Shown: one piece after another, positions 10,350-20,000 of the stretch
Numbering within the stretch: position 1 is the first letter of the stretch
How the letters are laid out: each line of letters opens with the position of its first letter
Origin: Chiloscyllium plagiosum
Taxonomy: Eukaryota
Reading direction: 5' to 3'
Length of the DNA stretch: 20,000 bases
Assembly (NCBI RefSeq): GCF_004010195.1
Contig: NC_057719.1
Location: 29,596,415 to 29,616,414, forward strand
Made by a program: the position numbers and the translations under genes
Notes under the pieces: model-generated
Seen by the model: the letters and a program-made list of their open reading frames with translations, nothing else
Told to the model about the DNA's origin: nothing
Databases searched by the model: none

Positions 10350-11275
10350 TAGCAAGTTTGCAGATCACCCCAAATTTGGAGGTGTAGTGGACAGCGAAGA
10401 AAGTTACCTCAGATTACAACGGGATCTTGGTTAGATAAGCCGACGGACTGAGGAGTGGCAGATGGAGTTTAACTTAGATAAATGTGAGGTGCTGCACTTT
10501 GGAAAGGCAAATTAGAGCAGGACTGATCCACTTAATGATAAGGTAATGGGGAGTGTTGCTGAACAAGAGACCTTGGAGTGCAGGTTCATAGTTTCTTGAA
10601 AGTGGAGTTGCAGGTAGATGGGATAGTGAAGGTGGTGTTTTGTATGCTTTACTTTATTGGTCAGAACATTGAGTATAGGAGTTCGGAAGTCATGTTGTGG
10701 CTGCACAGGACATTGGTTAGGCCACTTTTGGAGTATTGTGGGCAATTCTGGTCTCCCTCCTATCAGAAGGATATTGTGAAACTTGAAAGGATTCAGAAAA
10801 GATTTACAAGGATGTTGCCAGGGTTGGAGGATTTGAGCTACAGGGAGAGACTGAACAGGCTGGGCCTATTTTCTGTGGAGCTTTGGAGGCTGAGGGGTGA
10901 CCTTATAGAGGTTTGTAAAATCATGAGGGGCATGGAAAGGGTAAATAGACTAGGTCTTTTCCCTGGGGTGAGGGAGTCCAGAACTAGAGGGCATAGGTTT
11001 ACTGTGAGAGGGGAAAGATTTAAAAGGGGCGTAAGGGGCAACCTTTTCATGCAGAGGGTGGTGTGTGCATGGAATGAGCTGCCAGTGGAAGTGGTGGAGG
11101 TTGGTACAATTACAACAATTAAAAGGATGGGTATATGAATAGAAAGTGTTTAGAGGGCTATGGGCCAAGTGCTGGCAAGTGGGACTAGATTGGGTTAGGC
11201 TATCTGGTTGACATGGATGAGTTGAACTGAAGGGTCTGTTCCCATGCTGGACATCTCTAGGACTCTATGATTCTA
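10350..11275 (+). mobile_element. 5'-truncated CR1 of the same family as the 1-3116 copy
   Basis: Closely parallels ~2207-3116 (e.g. ggaggtgtagtgga..gaagaa.g.tacctcagattacaac.ggatcttg). ORF 10578..11138 is the RT C-terminus. Tail is ctctaggactctatgattcta. Confidence 0.93.
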
Positions 11276-12418
11276 AATGTGAGGTGGCGCAAACAAGGAA
11301 GGTAATGCATGATGAACAGTAGGACATTGGGAAGCACAAAGGATCAGAAGAACTTGGTGTGCATATCCATTAATCTCTTAAGATAGCAGCATCAATAGAT
11401 AAAGTGGTTAAGAAGGCACATGGGATATTTGCCTTTATGAGATAGAGCAGAGAGTTTAAGAGCAGAGAAGTTAGCTGGAACTCTATGAAATATTGGTTAG
11501 GCCACAGCTAGAATATTGTGTGCAGTTCTGGCATCCATATCTTAGGAGGGATGGAACTGCATTGATAAGGGTGTAGAAGAGATTTACCAGGATGTTGCCT
11601 TGGCTGCAAGTTTTAGATAGGAGGAGAGACTGTTTACTCTGAAGTTGTTTTCCTTAGAGCAGAAGAGACTGGAGGAGGGTGGGTGGGGGTGCCATGATTG
11701 AGATGTTAAAAAAAAAAGAGTATGAGAGCCATAGGCAGGGTAGACAAGAAGAAACCTCTTTCTTGGTGGCGGGATCAATGACCAAGAGGGATGGATTTAA
11801 GGTAAGGTGAAGGAGGTTTAGAAGGGAATCAAGGAAAATGGTTTTGACTGTTAGAGTGGTGGGAATTTGAAACTCACTGCCTGCAAGGGTGGTAGAAACC
11901 ACCATAGCATTTAATAAGTATTTATATGTATAGGATTAGATAGTTAGGTGATTATTTTTTGACCAGCCTCGATGGGTGATTCGATGGGGGTGAACAGTCT
12001 TTTTCTCTGCTGTAGATCTCTGTGATTTTATTATTGGATTGGGTCAGTGGATGACAATCCATGACTATAACTATCATGCTACTTTTCTCTACCAGTGTGG
12101 GAAGCTGATTTTCCTTATTGATGTATTCACGGTTTATTATATAATTGTCCAGTTAGCTACTGAAATGCAACATCTGTTTGATATTGGAGTTAGAGCATTT
12201 ACAATATTGAATGTTTACTCTTGTAGTTAATAGGATTTAGTAATAATAAACACAGGAACATCAGAAAATTCCCAAATTAATGTTAATATATTTATTCATA
12301 TACTATATAACTAATTGAACTAAAAGATTAGCCATTTTTAAACTTTAAATTTTGAACGGTTGTTTCAGTTAAGGAATAAGACGCACAGATCCCAATTTTC
12401 CTTCTAATTGGTAGTAAA

Positions 12419-12477
12419 GATGACTGGCTGTGCTTTTCCAGCACCACACTCTTCAACTCTATAACTCACTTTCTCCT
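12419..12477 (+). mobile_element. Short fragment of a common shark interspersed repeat (Penelope-like terminal repeat)
   Basis: gctgtgcttttccagcaccacactct...ctcactttctcc matches a remembered abundant shark repeat; not verifiable within the window. Confidence 0.45.
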
Positions 12478-13058
12478 GGTCCTAAAGATTGTATTGTTAC
12501 AAAATTCTCATATTAGAACTTATAGCTTTCTCTGCGAGCAATGAGTAGGTAACTAAAATGAGTCACTTATGAGTTGAAGTCATTTCTAGCAGATTAATAG
12601 TGGTAGCAAGGCTCTTGTGAGACATCTCATCAAAAACCTTTCAAAGTGCACTCAAATCTTCCAGTTAGGATGAGAAATCCTTTTTCTGGCTCCAGTCAGA
12701 CATAAGATTTCACATTTTTTTGATTTTTCTGAGTAACCTTCCGATGAAAGATCCTTCAGGATCAATTCAGTGCAGGAATCCTCAGCGGAAGCAGCAAAGA
12801 CCATTTGCACAGAACTTAAAACTCCTTTTTATGGCCTTAGCCTACTTTTTTTGGTTTACTAGAGGCTTTGAATATTCCAAAGTTTCTTTGCAGAGCTACA
12901 AAGGCAGGAGTGTAAAGAGATAGGGCAGATATGGCTGGTGGATAAAGTATTTAAAGGATCGGGTGAATAGGTAGGTTGGGGTTGAGGGGGATGTCAGTCT
13001 GGTTTGGGGCATTGTTCAGGCAGTTGTAGTGAGAGTTGGGATGTCAGTGAGAGTAAAC

Positions 13059-13398
13059 TTTTTTTTCTTTATTCATTTGCATTGTTGACTATATTAGCAT
13101 TAATTGCCCATTCCAAATTGCCCAGAAGGTAGTTAAGAGTCAACCATGTTGCTATAGGCCTGGAGTTACTTGGTAAGGATGGCTGGTTTCCTTCACTAGA
13201 AGTTATGAGTGAACCAAATGGGTTTCTATGACAATCAACTGTGGTCACATGGTCACCACTAGGTCAGTTCTTTATTCCAGATGTTTATTGAATTCAAATG
13301 TTACCATCTGCCATAGTGGGATTCAAACCCACGTCCCCAGAGCATTAGCCTGTGATTTTGGCTTGTTAGCCCAATGGCATTGCCGTTACATTGCTTCT
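13059..13398 (-). mobile_element. tRNA-derived SINE, near full length (SacSINE1-like by recollection)
   Basis: Minus strand has a Pol III B-box-like GGGTTTGAATCCC (13330-13318) about 70 nt from the 5' end, and an A-rich 3' end (..ATGAATAAAGAAAAAAAA). A second copy lies at 6149-9650. Confidence 0.8.
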
Positions 13399-13520
13399 GA
13401 TTTATCCTTCCCCTCTTGAAAAAGGGCTTATCTGATGTTCTTTGTTACTGACAGTAGAGAGAGGTGGAAAATATTCAATCTTTTGCTAGATGAATCATAA
13501 GGAAAAGATTTAGTTGACTA

Positions 13521-13775
<255 letters not shown>

Positions 13776-14344
13776 TCAGTTGGTCTCTAGGAGGTACACA
13801 AGAGAACCATAGAACACACCTGATAATGAAGAAAAATATCTATGACTTGTATTTCAGTAATAAGAAGATTAGTTTCCTAGTTTATTTTTCTGTGAAATAC
13901 CCATTCCCTGTGAAGAACATCACAAAGCATGAGTGCAGACCTGTTTTATAGCATCCTATTTTGGTAACTCTAGCATTTTAAACGCTAACCTTGGGATTAC
14001 AGAGTTACCTCTGAAACTGCAATAGAAGAGGACCTATAGGTGAGAGATGGAGCTTCCTACCACATTTTTCAGTTGGATTGTTGGCTGCCTGTTTCAATAC
14101 AGAGTTGCCCACCCAGAAGGAAATGCCGATACAACTTGGAAATTATAGAACCCAGCCAAAATTGTCTTGAATATCTTAACATGGAACTCCAGTTCAGACC
14201 ATACTGTTGCTGTCATTTCCAATTTTTACCATTTTTAAAATTTTTATTTCTTCTCGGTAAGAAAATGGCTTCACAATTGCCCTCTGAATTTCCAACTTCA
14301 GTTTTCATAGTAACCCCTGAACACGTCAAAGATGATTAAAAACA

Positions 14345-14645
14345 GTGTAAACACAGAAAAGATGTTCCCAATGACTGGAGAGTTCAGAACCAAGGGTCGC
14401 AATCTAAGGATATAGAATAGACCACTTAGGATTGAGAGTGGTGAGCCCATGGAATTCTCTGCCACAGAAAGCAGTAAACATTTTGAATGTTTTCAAGAAG
14501 GAGTTAGATAGAGTTCTTAGTGCTGAAGTGATCAAAGGCTATGGGAAGAAAACAGCAGGGTTCTAGAACCATGACTATAATGAAAAGCAAAGCAAGCCGA
14601 TGTGCTGAATGATCTATTCCCACTCCGAATTTCTATGTTGCTATG
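14345..14645 (+). mobile_element. Old CR1 3'-end fragment
   Basis: gatgttccc..ggagagttcagaaccaagggtc, tggaattctctgccacagaaagc, ttcaagaaggagttagatagagttctt; tail tttctatgttgctatg. Confidence 0.8.
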
Positions 14646-14971
14646 AAGAATTTTTAAAAAAATTGTCCCTGGTTCCTGAGGAATTTTGTTTTATTAGTAG
14701 CAAGAAAGTGCAAATTCTAGATCTTCACTACATAGCTGTTATTTCCATTTCATCAATGTTATGTCCTACTAGAGGGCAGTTCTACAGACCAATTTAATTG
14801 CTTAGGATAGGAAATTCTGGCAATCTTGGGGCTGGACATGCTGCTAGAAAAAAATATACCTGTGGCATTCAGTGGATAGCAGTTAACATGATCAGTATTA
14901 TAAGTACACTAAAATGATTAAAGGATATTTAATTGCACCTGCCTATGAATTTTGATTAGCGCCTATTTACC

Positions 14972-15090
14972 ATTGAAATAGGGTCATTCAGCACAGAAGA
15001 CTCCCTTTGGCCCATTGACCTATCTATATTAAACCCTTTTTCCAGCATTTGGCCCATGCCTTGAATGTTATGACATTGAGTGTCCAAATA
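14972..15090 (-). mobile_element. Degenerate CR1 3' tail fragment
   Basis: cagcacagaag..ccctttggccc resembles the tail of the 6413 element (cagcacagaacaggccctttggccc). Confidence 0.55.
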
Positions 15091-15338
15091 CTGCAACAAT
15101 ATGTTCTAACTTAATGCATATGTTGATCAGTCCAGTGTAATGATAGTTACAGTAAAGATGGCTAAACACAAAGTGTTGTACGTAATTTACGTACCTTAGA
15201 TAAATAAATATACTGACTCAAATATGGAACAGAAGTGACTGGGTAGTATATCAACATCACTATTTATAACTTGATTTTTTTTCAAAATCTTGCAGTAAAT
15301 TATCTAAATAGAGAAAAAAATATTTTTAGAAGACTCAC

Positions 15339-15447
15339 TTTGACACGAGGGAGATAGACAAGACCACTGAAGGATGTAAGATTGTTGCGTTCCAAATTGA
15401 TTCTTTGTAAACGTCCAAATTTCTCAGAAGGTCCAAGATCTACAGAT
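15339..15447 (-). CDS. LRRC9: Internal coding exon (109 bp) of leucine-rich repeat-containing protein 9
   Basis: Minus strand: ttcttaacag|A TCT GTA GAT ... CGT GTC AAA|gtgagt. Translates (R)SVDLGPSEKFGRLQRINLERNNLTSFSGLVYLPRVK, an LRR motif matching my recollection of vertebrate LRRC9 (..NNHLTSFSGLIYLPNVK). Phase 2 in and phase 0 out, compatible with the next exon. Confidence 0.92.
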
Positions 15448-15569
15448 CTGTTAAGAAGTATAAGTAATTGACACTAAATAATGATACTTATGCATTTGCT
15501 ATTGCAACTGTTGCTACTTTTTAACTTTTCAATTAAATCTTTGTATTTCTTAATATTTGATGAAATGAT

Positions 15570-15710
15570 CACAGGATTACAAGAGAAATAGGCCTTTATA
15601 TCCAATTAATCCATGTTGGTGTTAATGTTCTGTATTAACAACTTTGCTAATCTCATGCATCCATCTTGTTTCCATATTCTTTTATTTTCATTTCCTTCAA
15701 TGTATGAAAA
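15570..15710 (-). mobile_element. Possible very old CR1 3' tail fragment
   Basis: gaaataggcc...tccatgttggtgtt...ccatattctttt; weak resemblance only. Confidence 0.35.
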
Positions 15711-16824
15711 TAACATATTTAATGTTGTAGCAATAATGGCCAATTAAAGGGTGAATGCTGTAAGACTTCAGATCAACCCATTTCCTATTTTTACCTGTAT
15801 GTTAAACCCCTTTCATAACTGTTCACAATTTTTTAGTCATAATTATTTGTAGTCTTAGTAACTTGGGTGTTAGTTTTTATTACTGATTTGTCATAGCATT
15901 TGTAAGTATATACTCAATTGTAGAGGGCTTTTGACAATACTGCTTGCAGTGGACAGACAAAGTGCTGTTGAAAGGAAGAGGGCAATAATGACAGAAGTCA
16001 TTTACAAACAGATGGACAAGAAGTAAAACAATGTCTTATTTCTGATTTGAACACTTGCAAAAACATGTTTTTTTCATCTTGACCTGATAAGATAAAAACT
16101 AATAATATTCCTATTTAAGAATGCGTTGGATAAGAAGGGCTGAAGTTGTTTGTTCTAATCAGGAATGAAAATTGTAAGATCTAGTTTAGAAGCAATGTAC
16201 CTTTGTTTTGCAATCTTGTACATCGCCTATTAATTTAAATGCACGGTACCTTTATTTTCTTTTGCACATCTATTTTACATCTGCAGTCAAGTTCTACATT
16301 CAAGGTGTAATTTTTGTGTAACCATATTGCTGGAATACTGCATAGCCTAGCACCTTAGGGAGCAGTAGTTCAGAATCCTACTTCTTCAGCAAAGATAGCA
16401 AGGTCATTGAACCTCTAAGCATTAATCTGCTGACTGGCCACCTGTCTTCAATGGTTCACTGCTAACAGCACTTCAAAATTTCTAGACCGATTCCATCAGG
16501 GCCCTCTGTGCTGTATCTGAAAATCTTAGGCTCTCACAACAGTTGTTTCAGGCATGTCTGAATTTACAATGGTGCTTTATCTTGTCAATCAACAAATGTT
16601 TGACACGCCCTTAAGTGGAAATAAGCTGCCTGTAAAGGGAATCATAGGTAAGTCATTGTCAGACTCCAGTTAGGCAAGTTGCCAATGAACCATGTAAGAA
16701 GTATTGGCAACCTGACTATTCAATATTAATGACACAAGGCCTAACTTTATACTTTATGGTGGTAATGTGTTCAGGTGCAGGCTGAGTATGCAGTGCCAGT
16801 TCTAAACTTCAAAATGTCTTACGT

Positions 16825-17410
16825 ATCATTGACTCAGGGCAAACTGAAACCTTACATTTTTGGGCATTGCACCTTAGGAAAGAATTATTGGTCTAGGAGT
16901 ATAAATTTACCAAAGTATCTAGGTTTTTGAATGATTAACAGTAAAGGAGAGGTGACACAAACTTGAATGTATTCTCTGGAATGTAGAAGATTAAAGGCTG
17001 ATTTGAACAAAGTTTTAAGACATTAAAGAGAACAAAGCGGATTAAAATGCACCTACACGTTCTTTCTGTTGTACAAATGCGATAGATTAGTTGAAACTAT
17101 TGTGACTATTTGGGGAATCTACGATTTGAAGGCATTGTCCAAAAACTAGAGCCATGCTTTTCAGCAGTAAAATTAAGAAACACTTCTTTATGTAAAGCAC
17201 AATAAAAGTTTGGAACTCACAATATCAAGTGGCAATTGATGGTAATTTTAAATTAATTTGCAGTGGATACATTTTTGGTAGCCATAGGTATCACAAAGGA
17301 ATATAGAACAAAACCAATTGTATACATTCAGGTTACAGATCAACCATGATCTCCGCGAATGGTTTTGTAGTGAATGGAACGGTGGCCAGCTGAATCTCAT
17401 TTACTATGAA
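16825..17410 (+). mobile_element. Old CR1 3' fragment (RT C-terminus and 3' UTR)
   Basis: accttaggaaag, tgtattctctggaatgtagaagattaaaggctgatttga, aaattaagaaacacttc, aagtttggaactc, acagatcaaccatgatctc. Boundaries are approximate. Confidence 0.75.
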
Positions 17411-17429
17411 ATCCTTGATTGAAGTTGTT

Positions 17430-20000
17430 TGTCTGGGCCAGTCCAGGGAGCCATGGCTGGCAGTTTATGGACAGCAGATTTAGAATCTCCTAGTTTAGGG
17501 ATCTGATTGTCTGCTAGCTGGGCCACAGTCAGTATGTACTGTTAATCTGGAACAATCAGGAAAGCCCTGGCTGATTGATCTAAACAGGAGATTCAGAGTC
17601 TTCTCAATTTAGGGGACCGACTCTGTGCTAGCTGGGTCACAGTCAGTGTGTTACTGCTGCTGTTGATTTCTGCTTTTTTTGTGGAGAAACCTGATTCCTG
17701 GACTGGCTGAATTATTAGGTGAGCACTTGCTGCATCATGGAGTTCGGGAGTAGACCAAACCCCTGTGAGTTAATTGCACCTTTACAATGAACTGTGCTCC
17801 TGTGAGTGGGCCTGGTTCTCTATGGATGGGCCAGGACCCTATGGAGACTGAACACCTGTGTGCTGTGGGGTGTGCATTTGTCGCCTTCAGGAGTGGACTC
17901 TGCAGTTTGGAGTGAGCTTCATTTCTGACAATGCACTTTGCCTACTGGAGTGGACTCTGTTCCTGGGAGTGGACTCCACATTTTGAAGAGAACTGTTTAT
18001 GGTAATGGACTCTGTGTACCAGAAAGGACTTTGTTTGTTTGTTGACAATTGACACTGTCTTGTTGCTTGTTGGGGTTACCACCTGCACTATTTTGTGTGT
18101 CCCTGGGTCTGGCAGGCCTCACTGTGAGCTGAGAGGCTCATAGGTTGTTCTGAAAGTTGTCATCCCGAGAGCAGGAGGGTGGGTAGGCCGTCCTGTGAAC
18201 CTGAAGGTGGGTAGGCTGTCCTGATGCCGGTTGCCCTGAGAGCCGGAAGGTGAGTAGGCAATTCTGAGCGCTGTCGTCCCAAGAAGGGGTAACCAGGATG
18301 GGCTGTCCTAGAGGTATTCGGAAGGTGTCAGAGCGGCAGAGAGCCAGAAGGTCTGTAGGGGCAGGCCAAGATCTGGAAGGCTCGTCATCCCAGGGAAAGG
18401 GATGGGCTATCCTAGAGGTGACCAAAAGGTGTGTCATGGCAGTCCACAGGCCGGATGGCGCGTCAGGGTGGACGAGAGCCAAATGGTACATAGGGGCAAA
18501 CTAAGAGCCGGAAGGTGGGTAGGCCGTCCTCAGCACTGTCACCCTGGGCAGGTATGGGGGTGGGCTGTCCTAGAGGTGGCCGGAAGGTGTGAAGAGCGGT
18601 TAGGGAAGCTAGAAGGTGTGTAGGCTGTCCTGACCACTGTTGTCCTGGGGTGGTTGAGGTAGCAGGACGAGCTGTCCTTGAGGTGGCTGGAAGGTATCAG
18701 GACAGTCCGACAGCCGGAAAGGGCGTAGGGGCAGGTTGTCTTGTAGAGTGGTTGGAAGGTGGGAGGGATGGGTGAGTTGTTGGGGATCTCTATTTTATAC
18801 ACTGTTTATGTAATTGGATTGCTTTATACATATTTGTCATTGTTACTGTTTTGTGGTGACTGAAACTGGGATTTGAGGTTTGTCCACATTTCCCTGAAAA
18901 CTAGTTGAACAGTAGGGTTTGGGGCCTGGCTTTGCTGCTCCTCTCCCTTGTAAAATTGCTGCTTCATTGTATAGAGCTGTTAATGTTAACTGTTTTGTAA
19001 ACTGTATTGTTTAATACAAAATAAACAGGAGATTTAGAATCTCTGAAGTTCAGGGAACTGACTGTGCTGGCTGGGCCATAAACTCAGTGTTACAACTGTT
19101 GCTGGTTTTTGTTTTTTTTGAGGCGGGGGGGAGGGGTAGACAATTACCTGATTCCTGAACTGGCTGAACTATAAAACCCAATTTGTTAACTGGTATTCCA
19201 TTCTTGAGGACTGATTTCTAAACTGCCTGATCCATACAGTCAATGTGTTTCAGGTGTAACTCAGTTCTCATTAGGGAACTGTTGTTTCACTAGCTGGTTA
19301 CAGCCTGTACATTGTTCTTTCCTCAAAGTAAAAGAGTAATGTTGATTTTGTGGCAGGGTTTAGCCCTTGATTCTGGTTCTGTTTTTGAAAGTGTTTTCTC
19401 TTTTTTGGTGTTTGGACTGAGCCCTTGTGAGAAAACACATCTTTCTAGGTGAGCTGTTCTTGTGGGTAGGCGTGGCCCTTTGTCGGTGGATTAGGCCTCT
19501 GTAAAGACTGAACACCTGTGTGTGTGCTGGGAGGTCAGAATTTGCTGTGTCCTGGAGTTTGGGAGTGGACCAAACCCTTGAGTTACTGCACCTTCACAAT
19601 GTATTATGTTCCTGTGAGTAGGCCTGGTTGTCTGTCGATAAACCAGGCTTCTGTGGAGACTGAACACTTGTGTGTGTGCTGTGAAGTATGCATTTGCTGC
19701 CTTCAGGAGTGGACTGTGACAATACATTTTGCATATTGGAATGGACTCTGCTCCTGGGAATAGACTCTGCATTTTGAAGAGAACCATTTATGATAATGGA
19801 CTCTTAATACCAGAAAGGACTGTTTGTTGGTAATTGACTCTGTGTTGTTGCTTGGTGGATTTTTCACCTGCACTGTCTTGAGTGTCCCCCTGGGTCTGGC
19901 AGGCCTCGCTGTGAGGTGAGGGACTTGTAGGTCATCCTGCAAATTGGAGGCTAAGTATGCCATCCTGTGATGCAGATTACAAAATTCTGTCAAAGGTAAT
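17430..20000. repeat. Unclassified composite direct-repeat region: A-A-B / A-C-B; the second unit runs off the window
   Basis: Shared blocks: ACCTGATTCCTG.ACTGGCTGAA (17689-17711 / 19146-19168), GCCTTCAGGAGTGGACT (17883-17899 / 19699-19715), CATTTTGAAGAGAAC (17979 / 19770), CCCTGGGTCTGGCAGGCCTC (18101-18120 / 19888-19907). Module A is itself duplicated with period ~114 (17513 / 17627). Confidence 0.85.
18140..18770. repeat. G-rich degenerate minisatellite-like tract built from GCCGGAAGGTG(G/T)GTAGG and GGGCTGTCCTAGAGGT motifs
   Basis: Motifs recur irregularly, e.g. gagccggaaggtg at ~18240 and ~18505, and gggct(g/a)tcctagaggt at ~18300, ~18404 and ~18562. Confidence 0.8.

Larger units (their letters stand above)
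9652..12028 (+). mobile_element. Older CR1 RT-to-3'-end copy (own sequence ~9652-10207 and ~11276-12028) interrupted by a short insert and a younger CR1
   Basis: Degenerate RT: LFNKGMKDKP, GFVKGRSFLTNL, WIQNW, LRPLLFVVYINNLDLNVG. Resumes at KCEV (aaatgtgaggtg ~11275), continues through ttggttaggccacagctagaatattgtgtgcagttctgg, and ends in the tail ctgtagatctctgtgatt. Confidence 0.85.

Noticed and set aside
13300..13398. tRNA gene
   Set aside because: The B-box belongs to a SINE head; there is no cloverleaf, and it continues into the SINE body.
15450..17420. The next upstream LRRC9 exon (candidate donors near 16083 and 16822)
   Set aside because: Upstream translations show no LRRC9-like sequence, the phase does not fit at 16822, and that site abuts a CR1 fragment. 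The exon probably lies beyond the window.
18138..18802. CRISPR-like repeat-spacer array, or coding ORFs in the G-rich tract
   Set aside because: Repeats are degenerate and aperiodic, the intervening segments resemble each other, there are no cas genes and the context is eukaryotic. The ORFs reflect high GC and have no recognisable domain.

Overview
Vertebrate genomic DNA, most likely from a shark or other chondrichthyan; this is inferred from the repeat families, recognised from memory rather than by search. The window is intronic territory of a minus-strand gene recognisable as LRRC9. Three consecutive, phase-compatible GT-AG exons (15447-15339, 13700-13561, 3900/3897-3764) encode leucine-rich repeats. 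Most of the rest is nested, decayed mobile DNA: several CR1-clade LINEs of at least three subfamilies or ages, a Tigger/pogo-like MITE with TIRs and TA duplications, a Penelope-like remnant with inverted termini, two tRNA-derived SINE copies and an unclassified ~1.4-1.8 kb direct-repeat unit at the right end. No intact transposon ORF is present. The most interesting signal is that two divergent CR1 subfamilies both end ORF1 with T_TTA_AAC_TAG. This is a correctly phased UUUAAAC -1 frameshift heptamer, and in one copy the -1 frame runs into the ORF2 endonuclease domain. Also notable are a CAGCAG tandem splice acceptor in LRRC9 and a young CR1 joined to an older CR1 at the homologous RT position.
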